Positions 28,404 to 45,702 of a DNA stretch of 64,000 nucleotides are shown here, piece after piece. A program made the position numbers and the translations under genes. The DNA comes from the human T2T-CHM13v2.0 reference genome, Homo sapiens. The stretch lies in the NCBI RefSeq assembly GCF_009914755.1, contig NC_060933.1, one strand, 5' to 3'. The notes below the pieces were generated by a model, which saw only the letters and a program-made list of their open reading frames with translations, searched no databases and had not been told where the DNA came from. Each line of letters starts with the position of its first letter. Within the stretch, counting starts at the first letter, position 1.

Positions 28404-29252
28404 GTGAGTAAGAGCAAAAGAAAGAATATACCAAACTTGACAAACCTTGGCTTGATAAAAGTCAGTTTTATTTCGAACACAATTTGCTTGTCTCCTCTTG
28501 TTTTCTCCACTTTCTAACCAGCTAAACAGTAGTGAGCAAACAAGTGTTGCCAATAACCGTATCATTTTTTCCCATGGTACCAGTGGTATTAGTGATGGAG
28601 TGGCTTAATATATTGGTTATTTCACCAGAAGGAAGTGGAAACTTGAGGAAAGGAAAGCAGAGTAACGATGTTCCTAGCAATGGTACTTTTGCTGGCACAG
28701 AGATACTCTCAGAGAAGCCAGAAATGAGTGATTGAATTGCTCCCTCCCTTTCTTGATTGGATGAGAGATTGCTGTAATGCTTCTGGATTTTAACCAACTA
28801 CCAAGAAGCTCTAAGGACTCTTTAATGAAGAGTAATCTTCACCTTTGAAGAGAAAGCCTTGTCTGAATTCCTATAGTAGAAAGAGGAGGGATTAGGCTGC
28901 AAAGATTGAAAAGACAGTATATAGAAACAAGTATTTACATAAATTTAGGGAAATTCATTTTACTTCTTTGTGTCTCCGCTTGCTTTCTCCAGTTGTGACT
29001 TCTCTTCACTCTTAGTAGGAGACAGAATTCTACTCCCCCTTTCACTTAGGATTGGAATATTCTATCTTTGATACAATAATTCAAATGAGACATGCAAAAT
29101 TAATGAAAGAGCATAGATGGGGTGGAGTCTCAGGAGTATACAATTAGGCCCTAGAAAAAAAATTAACTAAATTTAGTGCATATGCTCAACTGTGGACACT
29201 GAATCAGAAATAGATTGTTAAATTTTAAAGCATACATGAAACTGGCTCCTGA

Positions 29253-29624
<372 letters not shown>

Positions 29625-32145
29625 CAGTCATTCATTCTTAATGACTCTATCCCCTTGAATCTATTTTATCAGTTTGCTTGGTGATTAAATTGTATCATGG
29701 CACAAAATGTCATCTTTTCATTTAAACCTCACAGAGACACCCAAGATAATACAGGCTAGGAGTGGGGATGTTGTAGCAGGAGCTTCCAACCTCTCTAGGA
29801 AATGTAAAAATGTCCTGCAGTTTTTCAGAAGGATTTCATCATAACTGGACCTTGAATAACGAGAGACGCTTATAATCAGCAGAGAGTATTAGAATTAATC
29901 TGGTTGGTATAGAAGCTTCTTCTAAAAATCAATAGTCCTTTTTTTTAATGCTTAGGGTGAGGCTGGAATTTTGTATACTTCATCTCATGTAAGTTTCACG
30001 ATAACCCTAAGAGATGAGTACTATTGTATTCCTCATCTTACATCGAAGGAAACTGAGGCTTCTTTCTGAGCTTAACTAAGTAAGGTTAGGTAAATTGCCA
30101 AGACCATACAGCTAATAAATATCTCAACCCAGCTCCATATTCAGCTCTGACTACAAGTCCAGCCTATGGTCACTGCTTTATATTGCTAGCTTCTGACTCT
30201 TCGTTGGGAGTCACTTCTACACATTGCTTGCCCACACACTTATTTTATATTGTAATGAAAAAGAAACCAACCGTAGCCTATATTTTACTTGTAAAATCTT
30301 TGGATCTTCAGGCATAATGAAACTATTTCACAATATGCAATGTGCACGGGATTGCCACAATATAATTATGGTATCAGTCAGTGTTGTGTGTGCATGTATG
30401 TGCTTGAAGGAGTCATTCCATCATTCTAAAATGTACTTTCCATGCATAAGAATACATACTTTGCTAAATGCATCATGTCAGAATGACACTTATAATTTCA
30501 GGATATGTACAAATTAAATCTACCACTTAAAATGCAAAAACCTCGAGTAGACTAGATTCTAAAGCTGGCCATTTAACACAGAATTATTGATTAACTCATG
30601 CTGTGCTATACAGGCAAATCTTACATTTAATTGACATTGGTACGAGTCACGTATAAGCTGGTGCATTTTACTATAATTCATGGTCACTATTAATCGTCTA
30701 AATTTCTTACAAATGCAGATCGTTCCTGGCAGAGGAACTGGATATGAATGTGGACAAATCAAGATTCCCTTGTTCCCTCACCAGGCCTTCTGTACAAGTC
30801 AGTAATAGATTATGTTCAAAATAAAAAGTATGGTTTTTTAAAGATATAATCATACTCTCATTAGCACAGGAGATGCATTGTTGGAAATGGAAATGATAAA
30901 TGAATCAGTACCATAGGGTGTGAAGGTGTGGTTCCTATGTATTGAATATATGGCATATGTTCAATCATTTACAGTGCCTGAAATAGTCTCTGTTCGAGAG
31001 CAGACACTCAATAAATATTTGAATGGATTCTCCATTCACTTGAACTCCCTTGAAATCATCACAAGTCATGGGACATTATTTCTCCTGGATATCAGCCACC
31101 CCACTGTAGTCCTTCTCCCTGTCTGCAGGGATGTCTGCCTGTCTTCTGCATATCCCAGTTGTGACCTGATCTTTAGCCTCTGCTTCCCCTCCTGCAAGCT
31201 TTTCCCTTGAGAGCACCTCAAGCCACCATCACCCTTGAATTTTAAAATCACACTTGCTAGTCTTACTTGCCCCACTTCTGCCATGTTTACTATCACACTT
31301 TTTATCAGCTATTATGCGAAAGAATTGTTCAGCTGAACACAAAGCAACAGCAGAATTAGAGACTCAAGAGAGTCAACAAACTCATTGATAAAGCTTTCGA
31401 ATTGAGGAAAGTGGTCTGTTCCCATTCACAGACACAGCCAAGCACTGCAATGTACTCTTCTTCTATACTGGCTGCCCTGTCATAAGAGAATCAAGAATCC
31501 ATTACATTAAACATAGATCTTTAATAAAAGTATTTCTGAGACAGAGTAATATAACAAATCGGTAGTATAGGAGGAAGTCTTAAATATGTGCCTGTATTCT
31601 AGGTATAAAACAGAAGATTTTTATTGTTTTACTCTTCTATTTTTAAATTTATTTTATTATGCATACCATAAAGTGTACAAATTTAAAATATCTGTTTTCA
31701 TGAATTTTACAAAAGAAACACAACCACCACACAGCCCAGATATAAATAATTACCAGCCAACCAGAGGCCTCTCTCATACCCACTTCTAATCATTACTTAC
31801 CCTATCCCCACCCCACATCAAAGGAGCTCTCAAATTGATTATCAAAGATCAGTTTACCTGTCTTTTTACTTATTATAAATGTATTACATCATGTAGATTT
31901 CATATACTGTAGACTCATCTGTGTCTTCTTCACTCAATCTTTTACCTGTAAGATTTGTCCATGTTGTTGTTACTATTCTCATTGTTATGTAGTATTATTC
32001 CATTGTATTATAATTTCAGAATTAATCCATTCACTTTGTAATGGACTTTTGGATTTTCATCAGTCTGAGACTAAGGTGAATAATGGTGTTATAAACATTC
32101 TTGTACACATTTCAGTGCACATACTTAACATTTCTGTTGGATATA

Positions 32146-32758
<613 letters not shown>

Positions 32759-35324
32759 TATATCTAGGAGGGAAATTATTGTATTACAGGATAAGTATAT
32801 TGTTAGTTTTTAGAAGGTATTGCCAAACCGTTTCCCAAAGTGTATGAGAATTCCCAGTTACTCTACGACCATCAAGCACTTGCTATATTCTGGGGACCTG
32901 GGGTTTGAGTTTGTTTTAATCATTCTTGTGGATGTATAGTAGTAACTCTGTGTGATTCTATTTGCATTTCCCAGATACCTAATGCTGTTGAACACCTTTT
33001 CATATGCTTATTGGTCACTTGAATATTCTTTTTCATAAAATGGTTGTTAAAATTATTGGCCATTTTCTTGTTGGCTATTTATTTCTTATTGATATACAGA
33101 AGACATAAATTAACAGATAAGATACATGTATAGATACACAAAATCATAGGAATTCTTTGTTGGAGATATATGGCAAATTTCTTCCATTCTCTCACTAGTC
33201 TTTTTGTTATTGAATGGTGTCATCTAATAAAATAAAGTTCTGAATTTTAATTCATTCCAATTTATCAATCTTTCCTTTTATGGCTATTAGCAGCACTCCT
33301 AGACTTGAAAAAGAAAAAAGAAAAAAAAAACTGCCTAACTGGAGGTTAAAAAAAACTCTTCTAAGAAGCTGTATGGTTTTAATTTTCTCATTTAGTTCTA
33401 AGATGTTTCTGGAATTGATTTTTTGTGTATGGCATAAATTAGGGGCCAAGATTTTTTAAGTTGGGATATAAAATTAATCTAGCACTATTTCTAAAATGCA
33501 CCTCATTTTACATTGGACTACTGTGGCACATTTTTTGTAAATAGTTATTTATGTGAATCTGTCACTGGGCTCTTTTTTCTCTTCATCTATTTGTCCATCT
33601 TGGCATCAATACTATTTTAATTAATATAGTCTCAATAAATGCTTACATAAAATCTCCAACATTCTTTCTCTTCTTCAAGATTATCTTTGCTATTGGCAAA
33701 TCTGAAATTTTTATTGTCATTTTATTGAACCTGTAGATAAATTTAGAAAGAAGTGACATCTTAAACAATAATTAGTCTCCTAATTCTTAAAAATAGTATG
33801 AGCATTTATTTAGGTATTTTATCTCATTAATCTTTTTTTAGTTTTCCGTGCAGAAATTTTACACATACTTTGTTAAATTTATCCCTGTGTATTTTATTTT
33901 TTATACCATTATACCTGCCTATTTTTCATACTATTATACCTGTGTATTTTTCAGTTTTTGTACATGATAATTTGTTGCTAATATATAAAAGCATAATAAT
34001 TTCTTTAATATTGCTCTGTGTTTATACATAGAGTTTCCAGGTTTTCAATGTACACAATCTCATCGTCTGTAAATAATATGGTTTTTCCCCTCTCTTTTCA
34101 ATATTTATACCCTTTATTTTTCTTGCTGACTAGGACCTCCAGTAAAATGTCGAGTAAAAGTGATGATAACTGATATCATTATGCCTTTCCAAATTCAGGA
34201 TAAAAAATTTTAACAATTCAACCTTAAGGATTTTTTGTATATTTTTGAAGATATCCATTATTAGATATACTAACAATTGTGTTATGAATAAGTGTTATCT
34301 TTTACAAAATATTGTTAGTACACCTATTGATATAATCATGCATTTTCTTCTTTATTCTATAAATGAAATGAATTACATTAATTGACTTTTCAAATGTTAA
34401 ACTAATCTTGCATTCCTGGACAATGCTAACTTGCTTTCCATTATTCTTTATACATTCTGCTGGGTTTAACTTGCAAAGATTCTGTTTGGACATTTTGCCT
34501 CTATGTTACTAAGAAATATATGTTGGCAAAATAATTGGTACCTGCTTCTCAATTAGTGGCATCATGTGGCTTTCTGCAGATGTTTTGTAAAGGGGCCAAT
34601 AACCTCTTTCCACCAGGATATTGATATTCAGTGCTGTGTCTCTTATACGATAATAAGGCTTCGACATCCATGAGCAAAATTTAGCTAAGAGTTTTGAGTT
34701 TTATGAGTTGTCCTGTGCCCTGGATCTTCATAGCAAGTGGTAGAATGGAGGCAGTGGCTCAGAGCTTTGTGGACATGTCTCTGAGCCCACAGCTTTCTGT
34801 TGTAGATAGGTATGATGAATCCACGTAACGATTTGCCTTCAGGGTAAATTCCAAACTCTTAAATACAGAACCCAAGACCTGCAGGTCCTGGGATCTATAG
34901 ATCTCTCAAGTCTCATACCTTACTCTGCTTCCTAGCTCCCTCTTGCAATCTAGAAGTCCAATGCACTATCCATTGCACTACAGAGCCAGGTCCTCTTGCA
35001 ATCTATATGGTTCATATGTACTGACTTACTTATAGTTCCTTGAATATATCAAGCTTTCACTCATTTTAGAGACAGGACCTGCTTTTCTCCTGCCAGGACC
35101 TACTTTTTCTATTTAGGTATTGTCTTTTTTTAGTGTGCCTTATTATACAGAGATATCACAGAGGATGGCTACTATGTCTTACTCATCTTTTTATCCTACA
35201 GACTTGACCAGTATATAAGAGGCACTCTAAAACAATGTTTGTTTGAAATGAATGAATTTATGAAAATGTATTTACTACAAGTCTCCTATGTTCATTGTCA
35301 TCTCAGTGTAAGAACTAAGGACCA

Positions 35325-35655
<331 letters not shown>

Positions 35656-36032
35656 TTATTCACTAATTAAGTCAGCAAATAGCTACTGAATATAGATAAC
35701 TGACATCTTTATGCTTTCCGAATTCAGGGTTAAAATGTTCAGTAATTCAACTGTAAGTTGATTATTTTTTGTATGTTTTTGATATTGCGTGTAGTTTTTG
35801 CTAGGCACAATGCTACATATAGTCAATGGATGGGTTAGAAACACTCAAGTTTATAGTCTATCTGGGGAGGGAGAGAATCAAGTTAACATAATAAAAAAAA
35901 AGGTGTGAATTTTAAAATTATAACTTGAAATAAGTTCCACAAAGGGAAAAAACACAGCATTAAACTTCAGAACATAGAGAATGGGGAACGCTTATTACAG
36001 AGAGAACTTTCAAGGTAGCCTCTCTGAGGTGG

Positions 36033-36453
36033 TGTATTAGGCCATTCTCTCATTGCGGTAAAGAAGTACCTGAGACTGTGTAATTTATAAAGAAACGAGG
36101 TTTAATTGGCTCATGTTCTTCAGGTTATACAGGAAGCATAGCAGCTTCTGCTTTTGGTGGGGTGGGGGGCCAGGAAGCTTCCAATCATGGCAGAAGGCAA
36201 AAAGGGAGGAGTCATCTTACACAGCAGAAGCCAGAAGCAAGAGAGGGGCAAGGGAGGTGCCACGCGTGTTTAAGGGACCAGATCTCATGGGAACTCACTC
36301 ACTATTGTGACCACAGCACTAAGGGGGATAGTGCTAAACCACTGATGAGAAATCCACCCCCATGATCCAATCACCCTCCACCGGGCCCCACCTCCAACAA
36401 TGGAAGTACAAATCACCATGAGATTTGATGGGGCACAGATCAAAACCATATTA
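36033..36453 (-). mobile_element. MSTA-type MaLR solo LTR
   Basis: MST consensus text; perfect 5-bp TSD GGTGG. Confidence 0.9.
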
Positions 36454-36551
36454 GGTGGTTACTATTAAGGAGCCAGTCAAAACTCTTACCTTTATACATT
36501 CTGAACCAGGGTACTTAAACAGATCATAATTTTTCTCAGGTTGGTTTATCT

Positions 36552-37360
<809 letters not shown>

Positions 37361-38500
37361 GTTTTGCTAGTAAAATTAAGAACAGGTAAAAAGAATATTA
37401 TCACTAGACAAACTGAAAGATACCTAAGATGATATACAAAAAATGATCCCTGCTAACCCTCCAACTTTGGACATAAATTGAAAACATCTGTCTGAAAACT
37501 ATAACATTCAGTCAAACATCTCCAATGTTCCAAAAATCCCAATGTGTAGCAGGTTATGGACAAAACATTCTGAGTATTTGAGTGAGCAGGGGCAGGGCTC
37601 CATGAGGAGGAAAGTTCTGGTCCAGTTATGTGGTGCCCCATAGACCCTGATTGAGTGTTTTCCATTTTAATTGGAAAACTTGGCAGCCTCTTGTTTATAG
37701 CACAGGGGATAGGAAATCAGGCATTCGTAAGTGAAATAAAAATAGAACCAACTCCTCAATTTAAAGTTCTGGAATCTTTTCCTTGAAATGTTGCCTGCAG
37801 GTCTCTCCACCCAATTATTCTGCACCAGGACTGCTCAGCCACTGTCCAAGATGATCAATCCTGAACCTAACACCATAAAATATTCAACCCTCCATACCTT
37901 GGACTGACTGCTCTCTGGGCATTGTAAGTGCAGAACCTCCGTCATATTTTTGCCTAATTTTTACTCTCATCAGTAAAACTAGAAGTAATAAGACTCCCAA
38001 CGATAAGAGATCATTATGAAGGAAAAGTTTCTTCAACATTTATTTTTTAAAAACTTAAGTTCATTCTTCTGTCATTCCAAAGAAAAATTATCCATTTTAT
38101 CTTATAAAATCATATATATTTTACATTTTATCTGAAATGAAACTAGTGCCCCCCTACACCACCAATAAGTCAAGAACAACAAAAAGAGCCCACTAAAAAA
38201 AGAAAAGATTGAAAATAGCAGAATATATTAAATTGGAAGATTATTGTGGATATTCTTATAGTCTTGATGTGCTGTACCCTAAGAAACAGTTTTTCCACCA
38301 TATTTTGCAAGCAGAAATTATTATATTACTTTGTGAATCCTTCCATTTGAATTTAACTTTTTGAAGGTTCTAGTCTACTTTTCCCATTGTAAATATGCTC
38401 ATGCAGATTTATATGAAGTAATATATATGAAAGTGCTGTACACTATAGTATATACACTAATATATTGGATTATTGTTGTAAGTAAAGAAAGCAAAATAAA

Positions 38501-38830
<330 letters not shown>

Positions 38831-39757
38831 TTAAAGTAAAAGCTATTGATGATATTCCTATCTAATCACCTTCCATCAATCTGTAATAATGCCTTACTGA
38901 ATCCAAAGTCTCCTTTTTAATTGACTAATGGAACATTTCTAGACTGATCCATTGGAGTATAGATGCCATCAAGTAATCCATTTATAATCTGGAGCCATTT
39001 TTGTTTAAAGCTGTCCAAGTGCTTCTTGGATACTTATCAATCTATTCCAGAAAGATTCTCTATTAACAAAGTTCTACAATATGCATTCCCCTACCTGCCC
39101 AAGTATTGAACAAAAAAATAATGGTTTGTAGGTATTATAATAGACAATGGCCAAAATTTACCATTATGTTTATAATTATTTACACAAATTTATTTAAGTT
39201 CAATGATACATTCTCCGGAGCTAGGTTTTTCAATTCAGAAAGTCAATGGGTTTTCAGAACCAAAAAGAAAAGAAAAGAAAAGAAAAGTCAAGCATTAGAA
39301 TAACAAACTCATGATAATTGTCATTCCTGTTCTGAGGACTCAGTTTGTTTGAAAAGATTTAACTACCAAAAAGAAAAATAGTATTCAATGAATGTGAGGA
39401 TGTGGAATCATTCATATATTTCCTTGAAATAGATTCTTAATAATAGTTAAAAAGACAACACTACACTGTAAGATGAAGCTACTTCAATGTAATTATTCAG
39501 TCATCAAAGACTACGAACATATAAATATGAATTTTGTCAACAGAATTATGTAATGTCTTCCATAAAGTGGCCATTTACTTCGAGGCCTCTGGTCATCATA
39601 TCATTTTAACATTCTTAAGATTTTCAGTATTTTATGACTATGATTTGGAAAGGTGAGGGGAGGTCTGCAGAAAATATTTTACTTCATGGATATGCTTGTG
39701 TGTATGATCTTAATTATTCACCAAAGTTTCTACGTTTCATCTTTATTTCCCTGATAG

Positions 39758-40104
<347 letters not shown>

Positions 40105-40845
40105 TCACCCCTGGTTATTAAGAGAAACAAAAGTAATTTACAACACATATTTGGCACATAGACGTCCAAAGGAGACACCTCCTATCCTTAAGTGCAATAT
40201 ATTCTTAGAAAGAAAGACATCTTTCTGAGGAAAAAGAATAGGCAAGGGTGGAATTTCAAGTTTCAGCTTTATGATATAAATAGCTTTGCTTATATTGAAG
40301 AAGAAAGAAGAACAAGGCACCTTCAACAGCCCTTACACATTTCTGGGAGGTGGTAGCAAGTGCCATGCCCTACACTGCCCAGCATTCATAATAACTTACA
40401 ACAATACAATCATAGCTTTTGCCCCAAATAATTTCTTCTGCCAATCATACATGATAAATTGTATTATGAGATTATTAGCACATAGTTAAATGTATTTAAA
40501 TTGCCATTTGTACAGCTGATGGAGATTTCTGTAAATGTAGACTAGCATCAGAGCCTACACAACATGGAAAATAGCATGCATAGCATAAATCAGGCAAAAT
40601 ATTTGAGATCATGTATGCTTAATATGTGATACATCTGAACATTTTTCATTAGCATTTTGGCATTTTCTTTCTCCATCCTAGCTCTAGGTTGTGTTGCTAA
40701 TGGACAATGTAGAGGGTATAAAGTATCCAACTTCCTTCTTCTTTTCCTTGGTTGGAGCTGAGCAATCCGTTGGCACATTCAGTGAGGCAGGAGTGGTTGG
40801 CAGGGTTAGGGCTGATGAAGAAGCCTGTGAAATCAAAATATTGAC

Positions 40846-42750
40846 TACTTAGGGGTGTTGAACAAATAAATGAATAAATCGATGATAATGGCAAGCAGGT
40901 TTCTCACCTTTGGAGAAGAAATTACAAATATAGAAAGATGAATGCTGCAATTAAACCTGCAGTACTGAATTGGAATTGGAAGTGTCAGTGTAGAATCATG
41001 GTTTTTAAATATACATAAACAGAAATAGATAGAGCTGTAGGTGTGCATGAGTGGGTGTGTGTATACATGCACATCTTTTCTGGCTCTATCTGCAAAAAGG
41101 GCCTAGATGCAATGACACCCTGATAGAAATAAATATCCAGGGTACTCAGGTGTTGATTTCAAAGTAGCATTCGCTACTAAGGGAAAACCAAAGGTCCTCG
41201 GTAAGTGACTGAATCAAGGACTAGGGCAGGGAAACAACAAAATAAGCCTGGAACATCTTGTGCCAGAAAGTAAAAGCACGTTCAAAGAATTGTGAGGACA
41301 AGTCAAAAGGACAAAAAAGCCAGCTTGAAAGGGCTTTTATTAGCAAAGCCTGGGACAACTTGATCATCAAGTATTGTAATTACAATATTGGAGTGTAACT
41401 CATTGAGTAAAAGAAGATTCTGAGCCAATACTGGTATATATGGTAGGCAGATAGATAAGATAAATGATATATGGATGGATGAATGGATGAATAGATGGAT
41501 AGGTAGATAGATGGACAGATAGCTCTACCTTATAGTAGAATGATATACATGTAAAAGGAATGATAGATTATACAAAATCACAATTTACCACCCATTATAG
41601 AAATAATTTATGTAGGCAAGAGTCATCAAAGGATGGTAAAACTAGTGGGTGAAAGCTCGAGAAAGAAGATATTTATAGTCTCAAACTATTCCCCACAAAT
41701 TACTTATTTATTACTTAATATGTACAAAACATATATTAAATATTCTAAACCTAGAAAATACCATCTAAACAAAGTGATAAGACTTAAACAGCACCAAGAA
41801 TGAGACAATGGACATTACATACCTGCAGAAATGATGTACTAAGAACACAACATCAATTCATGGTACTTCCTCATACAATGTATAAATCACAAGAAAACAT
41901 GAGATGAAACTAAATTCTGGAACATTCTGCAAAATAATTGACCTATATTCTCTAAGAATACCAAGGTAATAAAGACAAGGAAAGTCTGAGGTGCCGGGCG
42001 CGGTCGCTCATGCCTGTAATCCCAGCACTTTGGGAGGCCGAGGTGGGTGGATCACAAGGTCAGGAGATCAAGACTATCCTGGCTAACATGGTGAAACCCC
42101 ATCTCTACTAAAAATACAAAAAAATTAGCCAGGCGTGGTGGCGGGCACCTGTAGTCCCAGCTACTTGGGAGGCTGAGACAGGAGAATGGCGTGAACCCGG
42201 GAGGCGAGCTTGCAGTGAGCCGAGATCGTGCCACTGCACTCCAGCCTGGGCGACAGAGTGAGACTCCGTCTCAAAAAAAAAAAAAAAAAAAAGACTGAGG
42301 ATCTTTTCCATATTGAAGAAAACTGAAGAAACATAACAACTCCTGGACTTCATAAACAATGTTATTATAATTGGCAAAATTTGAATGGGGTCTATGGATT
42401 AGATAGCAATATTTTATCATTGTAAATTCCCTAATTTTAAAGATTTGATTGTGATTACATAGGAGAGTGTCCTTGTTTTTAGGAAATACACATTGAAAGT
42501 AATAAGATATCATGTCTGAAACTTACTCTCCAATGCTTCAGAAAAGTGTATAGTAATATGCACATATTATGTATATTGCGTGTTGTTTGTGTGTATAGAG
42601 AGAAAGAGAGACAGAGAGAATGGTAAAATAAATGCACTAAAAGAATATTTGGGAACTTGATTGAGGAGTACTATCAAGATTGAGAGATCTTTGTATTGCT
42701 TCTGCATCTTTTCTATAAATTTAAAATCATTTCAAAATAAAAAGAAAAAA
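40846..42750 (+). mobile_element. Old L1MC/MD-type 3' end, interrupted by an AluY and (GGAT/AGAT)n
   Basis: GCAGGTTTCTCAC...GGAATTGGAAGTGTCAGTGT; TCTGAAACTTACTCTCCAATG; TTTCAAAATAAAA end. Confidence 0.75.
41992..42289 (+). mobile_element. AluY
   Basis: Y diagnostics; TSD AAAG(T/A)CTGAGG. Confidence 0.95.
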
Positions 42751-43540
42751 GCTTAATTTTCAGTACCCCTCAATAAAAAGCAGGAAGCCCTCTTTTTTAA
42801 AGCGACAAATATGTGTGTGTACACATACACACACAAATACAAGAAGCAATGACCCAGAGTCTACAAAAAATAATTCAAGGTTATATTAAACTATCAAAAT
42901 ATAACAAGGAAAAATGGTTGTCTATTTCACCCAGTTCTGTCTCCTAGAAGATAAATCTCAAAGTTTGGGTTCCAAATTTATGTCCACTTTTCTCTGTTTC
43001 AATTTATTGATTTCCAGTTTCTCAGAGAATTATTTTGGCAGATTGTACCCTTTCTAATATTTCTCAGTGAGACCACCTTCCAAATAATTCTGTCTAAAGT
43101 TTTATAAATGTTCTCAATATAACCACATATCATATCTCTTCCATGTAGAAAAACAGAGAGATTTTTTAAATTCGTAGACAATACTTAGTATTTTAATTTG
43201 AGGAATTGTGCCTGAAAATTAACTTTTTCTCCCCCTAGTGTTTGGACATAAAGCATGGGGCTTGGATGGTAGGCAGGGAAGACAGGTATCATTAGAGGTG
43301 TTTCTTTCCAGGATAGGGGTTTTGTAATACAATAAATTTCATGTTTTCTGTGTGATTTTCTTTAATTCTAGATATTGACTTTCATGATTAAAGTTTAAGA
43401 CTATCTTCTAGGTAGGATATCTTTTGAAAAGAAAATCTTGGTCTCAATATTAGAGTGATAAGCTATAATAAGCAATTCTCTGTGTTACATTCTTTTAAGT
43501 TTTAAAATTTTAAATCAATTAACAATTGAGTTTTAGGAAG

Positions 43541-44125
43541 TACATTAGTCAGGGTTCTCCAGAGGGACAGAACCAATAGGATATATATGTAAAGGGGAGT
43601 TTATTAGAGAGAATTGACTCAAACTATTATAAGGCGAAGTCCCATGACAGGCCATCTGCAAGCTAGGGAAACAGAGAAGCTAGTAGCCTGGCTCAGTCCA
43701 AGTCCAAAAGCCTCAAAACCGGGGAAGCCAACAGTGCGGCCCTTAGTCTGTGGCTGAAGGACTGAGAGCCCCTAGGTGGCCACTGGTCCAAGTCCCAGAG
43801 TCCAAAGGCTGAAAAACTTGGAGTCTGATGTCCAAGGGCAAGAGAGGAAGCAAGCCTCCCGCAGGCCATGGGAAGAGAGAGCTAGCCAGAGAAGACACAG
43901 CAAGCTGCTTATCCCCTTCTTCAGCCTGCTTTGTTCGTGCCATGATGGCAGCCAATTGGATGGTGTGCACTCAACGTTTAGGGTGGGTCTTCCTCTCCCG
44001 GTCCACGGACTCCATGTCAGTCTCCTCTGGCAACACCCTCACGGACACACCCAGAAACAATACTTCACCAGCCATCTAGGCACCCCTCAACCCAGTCAAG
44101 TTGACACCTAATATTAACTATCACA
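43541..44125 (-). mobile_element. MLT2B (ERVL) solo LTR
   Basis: ATTAGTCAGGGTTCTCCAGAGGGACAGAAC...CAAGTTGACACCTAATATTAACTATCACA. Confidence 0.9.
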
Positions 44126-44359
44126 AAAGTTATAAACTTTTCCCCCAAAAGAAACTAAATGCTGTGTTTGCTACATTGGGATGATGAAAAAAATTGAGTT
44201 TTGGTAGAAATCCCAGAAGTGTTACAGAAGTCCCAGCTAGATTCAAAATGGTAATGATGAGATGATGACGATAGTAGTGGTAGTGATGGTGCTGATTGTG
44301 AGGATGATTATAAAGAAGAAGGAAGAGGGAATTAGAATGACTATGTTAATGATTATATG

Positions 44360-44570
44360 TACCAACATTTGAGAGCCTATTTAGGTCCTGTTTAAAGTGC
44401 CCTGCATACCCTTAGCATACTTAATCATTAAATAACTCCACGAGGTAAGTATTATCATTATGCACATTTTGGAAGTGAAAAAAAATGAGTTGCAGAGAGA
44501 TCAGATAAATTGCCAAAGGTCACAGAATGAACAAAAGGTAGAACCAAGCTCCAAACCCAGGTCAATATGT
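44360..44570 (-). mobile_element. MIR fragment
   Basis: GAGGTAAGTATTATCATT...AAATTGCCAAAGGTCACAG...AAACCCAGG. Confidence 0.7.
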
Positions 44571-45702
44571 CTCCCTCGCAGTAACATGTTGAATTGGGAG
44601 TTGTCCTTCTCCTTCCTGGCCCCTCTACCAACACACATCAACTATATTCCCTGAATTTTCACAGAACATAGAAGTTGGATGGAAAATAATTTTAATCCTG
44701 TCCACTGTTGTACTTCAGATATACAGACATGTATGCCTGACATCATATATAGGGGACTATGGAAGCAACGTTATAGATGGCAACCAAGAAGCCTGTGTGT
44801 TAGAGAAGAGAGAAATTCATAAGTGAGGGCAACCTCGGTAACTGCTTGAAGGGAGCAAGAGCAGTGGTTCATGATACAAAGCAGACATTACTAGAATCTA
44901 CACTAACCTAGAGAAAGTGTTTCTATGTCCTGGGAAGTTGAAAACTACATTGCAAATCTGAAAGAAAAACAACCGAAGATTCCAGCAACTCTGCTGAGTG
45001 GCCCTCTCCCTGTCCCATTGCCACTGAACAGGGGATATAAGAGGGAGAAGGCACTACCCAGATCACAGTGGGGAAAGCAGTCACCTCAATCACGTTCAAG
45101 GTAGAGAAGGTCAACACAACTGCCTGGGCAGCCAGAGGGGACAACAAGAGCCAGCAGGCATCAGAGCAGTCCAGCACTCAGCCACCAAGAAGGACAAGCT
45201 GAGAAAGAGCTGCAGCCGAGGCAGGCAGGGGAGCAGCAAAGCTGGGGTGTACATTTCAAACTAGGACACCTTTCTTAGAAACCTGAACTGAGACCCCAAA
45301 AAAACAGAAGGACTGAGTTTCTCTGTTTAAGAGCGAGAGCTCGTCAGTTCTGAAACCTAGAAGTAAAAGCCTGAAAGTGGCCTATTCTCAGGTCTACACA
45401 GTCTAGGCACCCAAGCATGCTTGGGTTAACACTAATTTAATGACAGGCTACTCTATTTTTAATAAATATCTAGATTTGCTTTCTTGTATTGAGTCCTTAA
45501 GATGCCTACTTTTGCTTTGTAAGTTTCTGTTATAAAAGATGAGCCAGGAAAACGTAAACTATGATTCTGTGTATTTTCCTAACAAACCATTCAACCATCC
45601 AAATGTGAAAACTGATGATTTGCTATCTTTCAAACTGCTCTTCCCACACGGTGGTAAAAGCTTGTTTAGACATTCAAAGGGATCTGGTGCACTACCATGA
45701 CT

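Noticed and set aside
28114-28797. Chain of 67-91 aa ORFs suggesting a pseudogene or de novo gene
   Set aside because: No recognisable homology, several use non-ATG starts and the frames do not join. Needs tBLASTn/PhyloCSF.
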